Below, in pieces: positions 35,801-48,556 of a stretch of 64,000 nucleotides of DNA. The position numbers and the translations under genes were made by a program. Within the stretch, counting starts at the first letter, position 1. Every line of letters begins with the position of its first letter. The notes under the pieces were generated by a model. The model was given only the letters and a program-made list of their open reading frames with translations. It searched no databases and was not told the origin of the DNA. This stretch comes from Okamejei kenojei. Lineage: Eukaryota. The stretch is taken from the NCBI GenBank assembly GCA_035221665.1, contig CM069160.1:6944001-7008000 (forward strand), given 5' to 3'.

Positions 35801-38800
35801 TATTGGCAGAAACACCTGATGCCATCAAGCAAGGTAAATATTATACCTTTTCTGTTGTTCTTGTTTCTGACATCTTTAAGTTATGCGTAGATGCAAACAT
35901 TCATGGTATTTTGGACTGAAGGGAAATTGAAGATTTGATCTTCCACCAAACACAGCTGCAGAAAAGCATCACAAGGTCAGAGAGCGATGTCGCCAGAAAC
36001 AGGCCCTTTGACACAACATGACCATGCCAACCAAATTGCCCAGCCAAGCTAGTCCCACTTGCCTGAGTCTGACACATATTCTTCCAAGTATTTCTTATTC
36101 ATGTCTCTACCCAACAGTCTGTTGTAGCTGCCTTGACCACTTCCTCTGTCAGTTCGTTCCATGCGTGCAACAAAGGTTAAACTGTTATAATGGGTGACTT
36201 CAATCTACATATAGATTGGGTGAATCAAATAAGCAGGGGTGCTGAGGAAGAGGATTTATTGGAATGTTTGCGGGATAGTTTTCTAAACCAACATTTGGAG
36301 GAACCAACGAGAGAGCAGGCTATTCTAGACTGGGTATTGAGTAATGAGGAAGGGTTAGTTAGTAGTCTTGTTGTGCGTGGCCCCTTGGGCAAGAGTGACC
36401 ATAATATGGTTGAGTTCATTAGGATGGAGAGTGACATAATTAGTTCAGAAACAAGGGTTCTCAACTTAAAGAAAGGTAACTTTGAGGATATGAGACGTGA
36501 ATTGGCCAAGAAAGATTGGCAATTGATTCTTAAAGGGTTTACGGTGGATGTGCAACGGAAGGCATTTAAAGACTGCATGGATGAACTACAACAATTGTTC
36601 ATCCCAGTTTGGCAAAATAATAAATCAGGGAAGGTGGTGCATCCGTGGATAACAAGGGAAATCAGGGATAGTATCAAAACAAAAGATGAAGCTTACAAAT
36701 TAAACTGAAAAAGCAGCCTACCAGAGGACTGGGAGAAATTCCAGAAGAGTCCAGAAGAGGAGGACAAAGGGCTTAATTAGGAAAGGGAAAAGAGATTATG
36801 AAATGAAATTGGCAGGGAACATAAAAACTGACTGCAAAAGTTTTTATAGATATGTGAAGAGGAAAAGATTAGTTAAAACAAATGTAGGTCCCTTGCAGTC
36901 AGAAACGGGTGAGTTGATCATGGGTAACAACGACATGGCAGACCAATTTAATAACTACTTTGGTTCTGTCTTCACTAAGGAAGACATAAATAATCTGCCG
37001 GAAATAGCAGGGGACCGGGGGTCAAATGAGATGGAGGCACTGAGTGAAATCCAGGTTAGCCGCGAAGTGGCGTTAGTTAAATTGAATGTATTAAAGGCCG
37101 ATAAATCCCCAGGGCCAGATAGGCTGCATCCCAGAGTACTTAAGGAAGTAGCCCCAGAAATAGTGGATTCATTAGTGATAATTTTTCTAAACTCTTTAGA
37201 TTCAGGAGTAGTTCCTGAGGATTGGGGGGTAGCTAATGCAACCCCACCATTTTAAAAGGGGGGAGAGAGAAAACGGGGAATTACAGACCAGTTAGTCTAA
37301 CATCGGTAGGGGGGAAACTGATAGAGTCAGTTATTAAAGATGAGATAGCAGCACATTTGGAAAGTGGTGAAATCATTGGCCAAAGTCGGCACGGATCTAG
37401 GAAAGGTAAATCATGTCTGACGAAGCTTATATAATTTTTCCAGGATGTAATTAGTAGAGTGGATAAGGGAAAACCAGTGGATGTGTTATATCTTGACTTT
37501 CAGATGCCTTTCGACAAGGTCCCACATAAGAAATTCGTATACAAACTTAAAGCACACGCTATTGGCGGTTCAGTATTGATGAGGATAGGGAACTGGCTGG
37601 CAGACAGGAAGCAAAGAGTAGGAGTAAACGTGTCCTTTTCAGAATGGCAGGCAGTGACTAGTGGCACACCCCTGCTATTTACAATATATATTAATGATTT
37701 GGACGAGGGAATTGAATGCAACATCTCCAAGTTTGCGGATGACACGAAGCTGGGGGCAGTGTTAGCTGTGAGGAGGATACTATGAGTCTGCAAGGTAACT
37801 TGGATAGGCTGGGTGAGTGTGCAAAGGCATGGCAGATGCAGTATAATGTGGATAAATGTGAGGTTATCCACTTTGGTGGCAAAAGCAGGAAGTAGACCCT
37901 TATCTGAATGGTGGCCGATTGGGAAAAATGGGAGATGCAACGAGACTTGGGTGTCATGGTACACCAGTCATTGAAAGTAGACATGCAGGTGCAGCAGGCA
38001 GTGAAGAAAGCGAATGGTATGTTAGCATTCATAGTAAAATGATTTGAATATTGGAGCAGAGATGTTCTACTGCAGTTGTACAGGGTCTTGGTGAGACAAC
38101 ACCGGGAGTATTGCGTACCATTTTGATCTCCAAATCTGAGGAAATACATTCTTGCCATAGAGGGAGTACAGAGAAAGTTCACCAGACTTATTCCTGGGAT
38201 GTCGGGACTTTCATATGAAGAAAGACTGGAAAGACTCGGCTTGTGCTCGCTAGAATTTAGAAGATTGAGGGGGGATCTTCTAGAAACTTACAAAAGTTTT
38301 AAGCCGTTGGACAGGCTAAATGCAGGAAGATTGTTCCCGATGTTGGGGAAGTCCAGAACAAGGGGTCACAGTTTAAGGATAAGGGGGAAATTTTTTTAGG
38401 ACCGAGATGAGAAAAACATTTTACACACAGAGAGTGGTGAATCTCTGGAATTTAACTTCGGAGTCACGTGAGTGACTACGTGAAGAAGCCCCGCCTGGCG
38501 CTAGAACGGCATTACGTCGACGCTGACGGCAGAAGCAAGAGCTGCAGAGGCAGCTCCTCGCAGCGGTCGGAACGGACCCGCAGGTAAGTGCAAGGAAAAA
38601 TTAGGGGACGTTCTAAAAAAGACGTTACGCTGGTAGAACCAGCAAAAATAAAAGTAAAAATTCAAAAAATCAGAGTCACGCTGGCGTACTGATCCAGCCT
38701 AGATTATAAAAATTAAAAATGGATAAGTCTCAAAGAAAGATTTCGCGGGTAAAAAGATCATCACGGGGAGAAGCTAAAGAGTCGGGACAAGAGATTAGTG

Positions 38801-41800
38801 CGTATCCGGTTCCGATACCGGTGGCCGCTGATTCACCCGTTAGTGAGACTATAATTTCTCCAGAAATACAAACCACGGAGGAAAATGTTCCTAGAAAAAG
38901 TAAAAAGAAATCCGTGAGGCCAGTGGTTTCTGATGATGACTCTGATAATGAAAGTCCTCCGGATAATAAAGCTATATGGCTTAAAATGGAACATATGGAG
39001 AAAGTGCTCCGAAATATTATGAGACAAGGGTCAAAGTACCCAGAAATTTCCCAAAATGACCCTGAGGGGTTTGAATATCCAGAAAATGGCTATGTGCCAA
39101 ATTGGGAATTTGAAACTCCAGACCCAGGACTAAGGGTGGAGGAAGTCTCATTGGATGAAATTCCAGGTGTATCAGGGCTGCAAAAGTCAGACCCTGCAAG
39201 TGGTGATGTGGATTATGAGTGCACACCACAAATAAAAAAAAGAAGAGGCCATATGTGCCTGATATGGCAAAAGATTTTGCTATACCTGAAGGAAGTGGTG
39301 AGGCTATGGAAGAAAACCTAGCTGCCAGTATTAATTAGATGGTATCTCACCAACTTCAAGATTCTGTGATGGTTGAAACAGCAGAATTATATAAAACACC
39401 GGAAAATTGCACCTCATTAAAGGTACCTACGGTTATTCCGTCTATATGGACACCTATGACTCCAGTCATGAGAGGACAAGAAATAAGATTTCAAAGAATC
39501 CTCAAACTGATTTCAGCTGCCATTACTGCTTTTGGAAGACAAATGGAAGGGTCGGAAATGGTTAAAATCCAAAGAGATACTTTGGGCTTATTGTGCAATT
39601 CCTTTTATGAAATTAATTGTATGAGGAAAATTGCGATTCGGCCCATATTTCATCCAAGATTTGCAGGTCTGTGTCGATCAAGTGTTGTTCAAGCACCTGG
39701 TTATCTATTTGGAGAGAACCTGCCTAAACAAATAAGAGAAATGGATGAAGAGGCTAAATCTATTAGCCACATGAGACCTTTCGTTTTTGGACAAAAAAGG
39801 TATTTTTTGTCAAGGAGGGGATTTGATTTTGGAAACAGATGCAGGAATATGATAAGAAAATATTACCATCCAACACAGCCTAATGTTCACCCGTATACGG
39901 GGAGAAGGAGCCCACCACGTTCATATGGAGAGGTACAAAAACTTTATTCTATTCTTAAAGAAACTGTGGACAAATCTCCAGTTGGAGGGAGATTACAAAT
40001 GTTTTATGATGAATGGCTTGCCATTACATCTGACCGGTTTATTTTACAAATAGTTACAGGAGCTACTATAACATTTAATGCTTATGTTTTCTGCTATTGA
40101 GGAAGCAGAAGTTAATGCGGAAATTGACAAATTGTTTAAAAAAGGTGTTATTGAAAAAACTGTTGAGCATAAACACCAATTTGTGTCAAATATCTTTCCG
40201 AGAAATAAAAAAGATGGTGGTTGCAGAATTATTCTGGACCTTACAAACTTTAATACATTTGTCGAGTATAAACATTTCAAGATGGAAACGTTCAACACTG
40301 CAAAACATTTGATATTAGCAGGTTGTTATATGGCTACAATTGATTTAAAGGATGCGTACTATTCAGTACCAATACATCGATTTTTTCGAAGTTATTTAAA
40401 ATTTAATTGGCTGGGACAGCTGTGGCAATTTAAAGCTTTACCAAATGGCTTAAGTTCAGCTCCCAGGCTCTTCACAAAGCTGTTGAAACCAGCTTTAGCG
40501 CAATTAAGAGCACAAAAGCACATCATTATGGCTTATCTGGATGACATTTTAGTTGTCAATAATAATCAGGAATCAGCTGGAAAATCAGTTTCAGCAACTA
40601 GAACTTTGTTTGAAAAATTAGGTTCCTTGATTCATCCAATTAAGTCCCAGCTGCAGCCAGCACAGTCAATTAACTATCTAGGGTTTGTGATCAACTCAGT
40701 CACCATGTTAGTAACTTTGCCAATGTTGATGATATTTTAACGGTATGTTGGGCCTTATTCACAAACCTTATCCCTCCATCCGAGAAGTAGCGAAGGTTAT
40801 TGGTAAACTAGTAGCAGCATTTCCTGCAGTAGAATTTGGTCCATTACATTACCAAAACCTTCAAAGGGACAAAATAAGAGCTCTAAAAAAGCGAACAGGC
40901 CCATTTTGATAGGTCACAAAAGAAGCTTTATTGAATTGCAATGGTGGATTGAAAATGCTACACAAGACAATACAGTGAAGTTTTTTTACAACCAGATGCA
41001 AGTGCTCTCGGATGGGGGGCGACAGATTGGACAACACAACACAGACACATGGGTGGAGTGAACCCAGGATTGTGGTGGCAGACAACAGATCAAGGGTGTT
41101 TAAGGACAACACAGAATGGACGTTGAACCCAGTAGTTTTCAGTAAAATTGTGATTCAATATGGGTTACCAGATGTTGATGTGTTTGCATCAAGATTAAAT
41201 CATCAATTGCCTAAATATGTGTCTTGGGAACCAGATCCAGATGCAGTAGCAGTAGATGCGTTTTCACTACATTGGGGGAATATGTTCTTTTATGCTTTCC
41301 CTCCATTTGCTCTGGTTCAGCAATGTCTGAAGAAAATAGAACAAGATTCTGGCACAGGATTATTGGTGATTCCAAATTGGCCGACACAACGGTGGTTCCC
41401 GTTGATGTTAAATATGATTAAAGAACCATATATGTCAATTCCTAGCAGCATTGATTTGTTAATTAAACCAGTAACTAAAGAAATTCATCCATTACATGTT
41501 TATATGAATTTGTTAATCTGCAGGTTTTGACCAGACCACTACAAGGGCTTGGATTGTCGGATAGAACTATGGATGTTATAGTCGCATCATGGCGAGATAG
41601 CACTCAGAAACAATATATGACACATATAAAGAAATGGGAAGTTTTTGTAGACAATCAAATATATCTTATCATACTGTGAACATTTTAAACATATTGGAGT
41701 TCCTTGCTGAGTTGCATTTTGAGCAAGCACTTAAGTTATAGTGCTATTAATAGTGCGCATAGTGCTTTATCATCCTATTTAGGTCAAATTTCTGACCAGG

Positions 41801-44800
41801 AATCAATTGGATCACATCCATTAATATCCAGATTTATGAAAGGAATCTTTAACAAAGATCCACCCAAACTAAGATATACAGAAATTTTGGATGTCAGCAT
41901 TATACTTACTTTACTTAGGCAATGGACTCCAATCGAAGTTATATCTTTGGAAATGTTAACATTTAAATTAATAATGTTAATGACATTGGTATCAGCACAA
42001 AGGGTGCAAGCATTACAAATGCTACGTTTAGATTGTATGCATGTGGCTTCAGATAACATTGTGTTTTACGTTTACGATCCGATCAAACAAAGCAGACCAG
42101 GGAGAACTGGAGCGAAGGTAATGTTTCAAGCTTACCTTATTGATCCAACGTTGTGTGTAGTTAGACATTTGACTCAATATATAAAAATTACCAAGACTCT
42201 TCATGGTGATGAAAAAGCGTTAATAATTACGCATAGGAAACCACACACAAAAGCATCAGTACAAACAATTTCAAGGTGGTTAAAACAGGTGTTACTATTA
42301 GCAGGAGTAGACACTGATGTGTTCAAATCTCACTCCACTAGGGCAGCAGCTACGTCCGCGACGAAGTTACAGGACGTACCACTCGAACACATTTTAGAAA
42401 CCGCAGGGTGGTGTAAAGAAGAAACTTTTTCAAAGTTCTACGATAAACCTGTCCGCACAATGACAGGCTTTGGACACGCGGTGTTGGGTTCACTATAATC
42501 ACCTGCTTTGTTTCGCTATCGATTTATATTATTGATGATGTTATCACTTATATCTTATATCACTTTGTAATGGTTTCCCCAGATGTGGAAAAGGGGTTAT
42601 TATATGTTCTTTTGTCATTAAAATTATGAAAAGAAACTAAAACTGATCTGGTAAAAGGTTATTTACTCATGTATGTGTTGACCTTGCCGGACTGTCGTAT
42701 GGATTGATTCTACGACATAAAAAACACAGAAGCTTCAAAATCTTCACGTAGTCACTCACGTGACTCCGAAGCAAAATAGTAAGATTAAACGAGAACTTAC
42801 CAGTTCGAAGTTTGATCGTTATTTTATGAGGAGTAACGATGAAGGATTACGTGCCCTCCACTCCCGACCCTCATAAAATAAATGATCATCTGGTAGTTCT
42901 AAATCTATGTTGAGCCTTACTATCTTACTCCAGCTATTATCTTCTGTGTTTTTCATCCCGCTGCTTTGAAGTATGCCGTTCTAGCGCCAGGCGGGGCTTC
43001 TTCACGTAATCCCTCATCGTTACTCCTCATAAAATAACGATCAAACTTCGAACTGGTAAGTTCTCGTTTAATCTTACTATTCTCTACCACAGAAGGTAGT
43101 TGAGGCGACTTCATTGGCTATATTTAAGAGGGAGTTAGATGTGGTCCTTGTGGCTAAAGGGATCAAGGGGTATGGAGAGAAGGCAGGTATAGGATAGTGA
43201 GTTGGATGATCAGCCATGATCATATTGAATGGCGGTGCAGACTCGAGGGGTATACTCCTGCACCTATTTTCTATCTTTCTATTCATACACTATGCATTGA
43301 CTGAAAAGGCTACTCCTTTTTACTGTTTCCACTCTCACCTTACACTGATGCACTCTGGGTTTAGACTCTCCTATCTTGGGTAATATACTGTGGATCTTCA
43401 CCTTGTCTGTGCACCTTATATAGATTTCATACACATCTATCAAATCACACGGATGGGCTCCAAAGATAAATGTCCCTGCCTGTCCAACGTCTCCTTATAA
43501 TCCAGCTCTTCAGACCTGATGAAATTATTGTAAATCATTTACCACCCTCTCTAATTTGCTAACGACCTTATTGTGTCAAACACTGTATTTAATGTCCTGA
43601 CCTATGAAATAATGAGGGACAAACACACTCTTCACCACCCTGTCTGTCACTGTTGCATCTTCCATGGCACAGTGTACCTGCAGCCTGAGATCTCTCAGTT
43701 CTATAAAGCTCCCCTTTACTGTGTATGTCCTGACCTGGCCTCTGTCAGCAAAGTGCATCACCTCACCTTCACATGAATAAATCCCACCTGCCGTTCCTGA
43801 GCCTATTGGCCCAGTTTACAGGGATCCTATTTACTCTCACATAATTTTCTTCACTCCCCACAATGTCACCAATTTTGGTTTCATCTGCAAACTTATTAAC
43901 CGTGCAACCTGCATACACCGCCAATCGTTTATATAAATAAGAAACAACAGTGGACTCTGTCTCCAGTCTGGAAAACGACCCATTACCAACATCCTCTGTC
44001 TGCGACCTTCAGGTAAATGTAGTGTTCCATCGGCCAATTCACCCCGGATTCCATGAGATCCAACCTTCCAGAGCGGCCTCTCATGCGGTGTGTAGAAGTT
44101 GTGTCTCGCAGAGGGCAGTGAATATCTGGAATATTGTGCCCAAGATAAAAGCTCAGTTATTGGATATCTGTAACTTGGCTACAAATTAATATTTGATAGA
44201 TCTACAAATTAAGATTATGGGGAAAATCACTCAGAAGAGGAATTGGTGCCAGCTTCGATCAGCAATGATCACATTGACTGGAGGGGCAAGCCTGAGGAGC
44301 GGATCATAATCCTGCTCCTGTTTTCTTGTTTTCCTTGCTCCTGTGTACCGATAAATTGACAGACGTGACACAGAGGAAAATGGAGCAAAGATTAACAATA
44401 TTTACCCTCCCCCTCCCCCTTCTCCCCTTCCCCCCTCCTCTCTCCCCCTTCACTCCTCTCCCATTCTCCCCTCCCTCCCCTCTCCCCACCACCTCCCCCT
44501 ACTCCCCCTACTCCCCCACCACCCTCTCATCCCCCTCCCCCCTCCCCCCCGTGTGTGGGCGGTGGTTAGTGTGCGTGTGAAGCCGCAGCCCCCCACCACG
44601 TCGCAACCGTACGTTGAGGGTACGGAACACAGCGGTCTCCCCTCTCTCCCCTCTCTCTACCCAGCCACCCCCTAGCTCCCTCTCCCCCCCTCTACCCCCC
44701 CCCCCCCCCGTGTGTGTGTGTGTGTGTGAGGTGGTTAGTGTGCGTGTGAAGCCGTAGCACACCCCCCTCCCCAACCGTGCGTTGGGGAACAGACCCAGCG

Positions 44801-47729
44801 GGTCTGCATTTGGTCTCTCCCCTCCTCTCTCTTCCTCTCTTTCTCTCTCCGCTCTCTCTCTCTCCCCTCNNNNNNNNNNNNNNNNNNNNNNNNNNNNNNN
44901 NNNNNNNNNNNNNNNNNNNNNNNNNNNNNNNNNNNNNNNNNNNNNNNNNNNNNNNNNNNNNNNNNNNNNNNNNNNNNNNNNNNNNNNNNNNNNNNNNNNN
45001 NNNNNNNNNNNNNNGGGTGAGTGAGTAGACTGGGCTTGTGCACGCGAGCGTTTGGGGGTATTGGAGGAGGTCTCAGTGAAACACAAAGTTCTTAAAGGGC
45101 TCAGTGGGCGGGATGCAGGGAGGATGTTTCCCCTGTCAGAGGGGTCTGGAGAATGGGCACTATCAGAATGTGGGCTGCACCATGTAGGACAGAGATACGG
45201 AGACATTACTGCACGAAGAGACTGGGGAACCTTTGAAATTTCCTGCACCAGTGGCTGTGGAGACTCAGTCATTCAGTGCTCTTGTAGTGGAGAGCCATGG
45301 TTGTACATTACAGAATCAGGCCCTTCGGCCCATCGTCTACATGGCCACCTTTTTTCCAGCGATGCTAATCGATTTGCCCCCATTACATCGCTATTCCTCT
45401 AAACCTCACCTATATGTGCCTCAAATAGTGATTATACCTCACTCCACCACCTCCTCTGTAGCATGTTCCAGATATCGCCCACTCCCAGTGTAAAGAACAC
45501 TTCCAACTCAGATCAACTTTAAATTTCCTTGCTGTAAAGATAAACATGCACTCTCTTGATCTGATATCGCTGCATGCGAATACGGTTTTGATAATCTACC
45601 CTATATCCTGCTGCAGATTTTGACTACCTTCCCCGCTATCCACAATTTTTGCGTCCTCCACAGACTTACTTGTCACACCTCCTACATCCATGAAAATATA
45701 ACATGAACAGCTACGGTTACAGCACCGATCGCTGCTCCACTCCACCAGTCACAGATATCCAAGTATGGAAATCATCCATCTACCGCTACCTTCTACCTCC
45801 AACCACCAAGCCAATTTTGGATCCGTTTTACCAGCTCGCCTTCGATCCCACCTGCCTTTCCTTTCTGGACCAGCCTTACACTGTCAAGTTTCACATTGTC
45901 AAGTCTCTCGGTGAAGTTCTTTATTGGTTTACAATGATATCAGTGTGCTCTTGGTTGTACACACCCATCAAATCCACCTCTGAACCCCGTATCTTTTCAG
46001 TGACCCGACAAGCGCAAGTCTCTGTTAAGGTTCATGTCTTAAAACAACTCACAATAAGTTAGGTACACCAACACAAGCTTGACTGATCATTAGCCAGCGA
46101 GATTGCCAGGGATACAAAGTAAAGTATACAACAGATACTTAACCGTCCTGAGCCGCCACTCTAATGAACAAAGACATACAGCATCTATTTATTATATTTT
46201 GGTAACATAGTCACATGTTTATACAGAGTAGCAACAATGACGTCTAACACAAATAAATCACAGAGTACACCCATTCAAAGTATTCTTGTTAGTAATACAA
46301 AAGTTGTCATCTTGTGGTTCTATTAATCACAAACTGTTGATCACACACATCAAAACAACAGGAACTTAGTCAACATTTACAATTCTGTCTTAGCAATGTA
46401 ATCATGATGTCAGCTACCAACTAGAAGACTTGTGTTTACAGAAGCTGTCACCTTCTCAGGAAATACATACACTCTCACAATTGAAATGGTTTTTTTCTTT
46501 GGGCATGACAGGAAGCAGCTTGAATGTAGGCCTCTAACTTCCTGATTACCCAGCTCTTGTACAGCTCAGAATTACAAAGCTATAATTTTCTCAGAGCCCA
46601 AATAAGTCAAATTCATCTTTACTTAATCAATTCTAATTATAGAATATGTTGCTATTAACTAGGATATTGTCATCTCCACCCATTCTGTCTAACACCCGAT
46701 CAGTCAAGCTCTGCTTCCTTCCATGGTCCAAGCCACCCCTCCCTCTCTCTCACCCTCCACTCAAAGAAACAGGGGCAGGTTATCTGGCCCCTCATGTCTA
46801 CTCTCATTCATTAAGATCATGGCAACTACACCCCACAACTCTACCTCCTCTTTAACAACCTCAAATTGCCACTCGCCTCAATATCCTCTTCTCCGGCATG
46901 CCTCCATGTCTGAATAGCCCGCTTCATTTCTCCACCCCCACCGCAATCCCCCTCACTCTCCGCACTCGTCCACCATCCCCCACCTCACGAAATTACCCTC
47001 TCCGTCCCGAATAAAAACTCTGTGACAGAAGACTTTTATCCACCTGATGTAGTTGGGGTGAAACTCGGGGCAGGTAGTCACTTGTCCGCCCGCCTGTGCC
47101 AGGGGCCGAGCGACTTCTCCCCCGGTCCCGGGGCCGCGCTGCCCGATTCTCCCCCCGATCCCCGGGGACTCTCTGATTCTCTGCTTCTCTTCCCAGTGTC
47201 CGTCACTTTGGATGTGGAAACAGCGCATCCGCTGCTCGAGGTATCTGAGGATCGAATGAGGGTGAGACTGAGCGGGACTAGGAGGCGTCTCCCTGACACT
47301 GGGAAGAGGTTTACAGGCTGGCGGTGTACGCTGGGATCGGAGGGATTCACATCGGGGAGACATTACTGGGAGGTGGAGGTGGCGGGGAGTCGGCGCTGGA
47401 GTCTGGGAGTCGCCGCAGAATCTGTGGAGCGGAAGAAACGGGACACACTGACCCCGGATACTGGAGTCTGGAGCATCGGGCGGTGGGGTGACGGGTTTGT
47501 TGCATTCACCTCCCTTCCATCCACTCTTCCCGCCCGTTCCTTCCCCGGGAGGGTGGGAATTTATCTCAGTTACGAGTCCGGGACTGTTTCATTTTACGAT
47601 GCGGACACCAAGTCCCATCTCCACACCTTCACTGGGAATAAATTCACGGAGAAACTTTATCCTTTCTTCGAGCCTTGGCATGAAGACCAGTGGCTGAGAA
47701 TCTGCTCCGGTTCCGCTCCGGGTGTGTAA
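29819..47729 (+). CDS. TRIM E3 ubiquitin ligase (RING / B-box 2 / coiled coil / PRY-SPRY; TRIM39/TRIM69/NF7-like), 471 aa. Exons 29819-30229, 30322-30417, 33314-33547, 35595-35617, 35715-35833, 47197-47729
   Basis: All introns are GT-AG with compatible phases (0,0,0,2,1). Exon lengths 411+96+234+23+119+533 = 1416 nt form an open frame ending in TAA. C3HC4 [21 protein letters not shown]; B-box CEEH..C..D..CVVC..H..H; [41 protein letters not shown]. Confidence 0.93.
30430..30442 (+). promoter_or_regulatory. Consensus ISRE (AGTTTCGATTTCC) at the start of TRIM intron 2
   Basis: Exact fit to AGTTTCNNTTTCY, 12 nt after the exon 2 boundary. Confidence 0.45.
30620..33243 (-). mobile_element. Two CR1 3' fragments in TRIM intron 2 (about 30620-32060, split by a SINE; 32270-33243)
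   Basis: [10 protein letters not shown] and LVRPHLEY peptides; (ATAGAAAC)n tails on the + strand. Confidence 0.85.
31214..31478 (+). mobile_element. HE1/V-SINE-type SINE nested in a CR1
   Basis: GGTGGCGCAGCGGTAGAGTTGCTGCC head; (CTAAA)n tail. Confidence 0.85.
34015..34680 (+). mobile_element. GC-rich non-autonomous retroposon-like repeat with internal repeats
   Basis: CTCCGACCGCCGGCC occurs three times; 3' hairpin TCACTTGCAC..GTGCAAGTGA, then AATAAA and a (TTGA)n tail. Confidence 0.6.
38719..40100 (+). pseudogene. DIRS gag-like ORF (frameshifted: 38719-39321 and 39339-40100)
   Basis: Position in the element; [15 protein letters not shown] and [11 protein letters not shown] motifs typical of DIRS gag; ends in the PVGGRL start of pol. 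Confidence 0.75.
40078..40740 (+). pseudogene. DIRS reverse transcriptase (RNase H region downstream is deleted or frameshifted)
   Basis: [46 protein letters not shown]. Confidence 0.92.
41012..41530 (+). pseudogene. DIRS DNA N6-adenine methyltransferase-like domain
   Basis: [47 protein letters not shown]. Confidence 0.85.
41704..42498 (+). CDS. DIRS tyrosine recombinase (N-terminus frameshifted)
   Basis: SAQRVQAL (catalytic R), IKQSRPG (K), HSTRAAATS (HxxR), [11 protein letters not shown] (Y). Confidence 0.9.
   Translation: MLSCILSKHLSYSAINSAHSALSSYLGQISDQESIGSHPLISRFMKGIFNKDPPKLRYTEILDVSIILTLLRQWTPIEVISLEMLTFKLIMLMTLVSAQRVQALQMLRLDCMHVASDNIVFYVYDPIKQSRPGRTGAKVMFQAYLIDPTLCVVRHLTQYIKITKTLHGDEKALIITHRKPHTKASVQTISRWLKQVLLLAGVDTDVFKSHSTRAAATSATKLQDVPLEHILETAGWCKEETFSKFYDKPVRTMTGFGHAVLGSL
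44870..45014. other. Assembly gap
   Basis: N run. Confidence 1.
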
Positions 47730-47869
47730 AAGGGTCGGGTCCAGGGACCGGCGTCAGGGGCGGGGCTCAGGGGCTGTGGGGCAGAAACCCGGTGGACAGC
47801 AGGTCGGCGCTGAACGGCTCCCATTTAATCCCCAAATTCAGCGTCGTGAAACCCCAGTGAGATGGCTGA

Positions 47870-47875
47870 AATAAA
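47870..47875 (+). terminator. Putative polyadenylation signal of the TRIM gene
   Basis: AATAAA 140 nt after the stop codon, followed by a GT/T-rich sequence. Confidence 0.6.
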
Positions 47876-48279
47876 CATCAACTGAAATTAGAGCTGTTTG
47901 TCGATTCGTTCATTTTAACGCGTTAACCGCGTCCGGCAACGGAACAGAAATTACTTTTGTGAAAATATAAAGATTGTAACAAACTCCCTTCCCGCGGGTT
48001 CATCAGCAGCCGCGGGCGGCGGGTCCTGAGCTCCGGCCTCCCACGGGTCCTAAAGTCCGCCGACTCAATACATTCATAACGAGTTTGTAGCATTTGCTCT
48101 CCACACAGCAGATTATTTTTCTTCGGAACTGATATTTCGAAGAATGGGTTCTAACACAAGGCGGGTGGAAATTGGTGTAAACTTTGCTTTGACAGCCAAT
48201 AAGTGAGTGCTTCGAGCTGTCCACGACATAAACATAATTTGATGATTTAATGGGCGATTGTAATACAACAGTCGGTGCA

Positions 48280-48556
48280 AGGTGGGGCAGCGGTAGATTT
48301 GCTGCCTCACAGCGCCAGACCCGGGTTCGATCCCTACCACAGGTGCTGTCTTTCCGGAGTTTGTATGTTCTCCCCGTGACCTGCGTGTTTTTTTTCTCCG
48401 AGGTCTTCGGTTTTACTCCCACTCGCCAAAGACGTACAGGTTTGCAGTTTAATTGGCCTTGGTGTAAATGTAAATTGCCCCCAATGTGTGTAGGATGGTG
48501 TTAGTCTGCGGGGATCGCTGGTAGGCGCGGCCGAAGGGCCTGTTACTCTAAACTAA
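48280..48556 (+). mobile_element. HE1/V-SINE-type SINE
   Basis: B box GGTTCGATCC, central domain and CTAAA tail. Confidence 0.8.

Larger units (their letters stand above)
38453..43078 (+). mobile_element. DIRS1-type tyrosine-recombinase retrotransposon, structurally complete but coding-defective
   Basis: 36-bp perfect inverted repeats at 38477-38512 and 42973-43008. Internal complementary region at 42741-42853. Gag, RT, methyltransferase-like and YR ORFs in the canonical order. Confidence 0.95.
36165..43285 (+). mobile_element. CR1 ORF2 (endonuclease-RT), degenerate, split by the DIRS element (36165-38452 and 43079-43285)
   Basis: MGDFN, KSDHN, KSPGPD and KFADDTK motifs. The sequence GTGAATCTCTGGAATT continues as CTCTACCACAGAAGG after the DIRS. 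Confidence 0.92.

Noticed and set aside
41012-42498. Prophage or bacterial contamination (integrase plus Dam methylase)
   Set aside because: Both are standard DIRS1 domains, flanked here by RT, ITRs and an ICR and inserted in a CR1.
45985-46640. LTR/ERV fragment with a primer-binding site (TGGCGGCTCAGGACGG on the minus strand)
   Set aside because: No TG..CA LTR boundaries, TSD or coding remnants that I can support.
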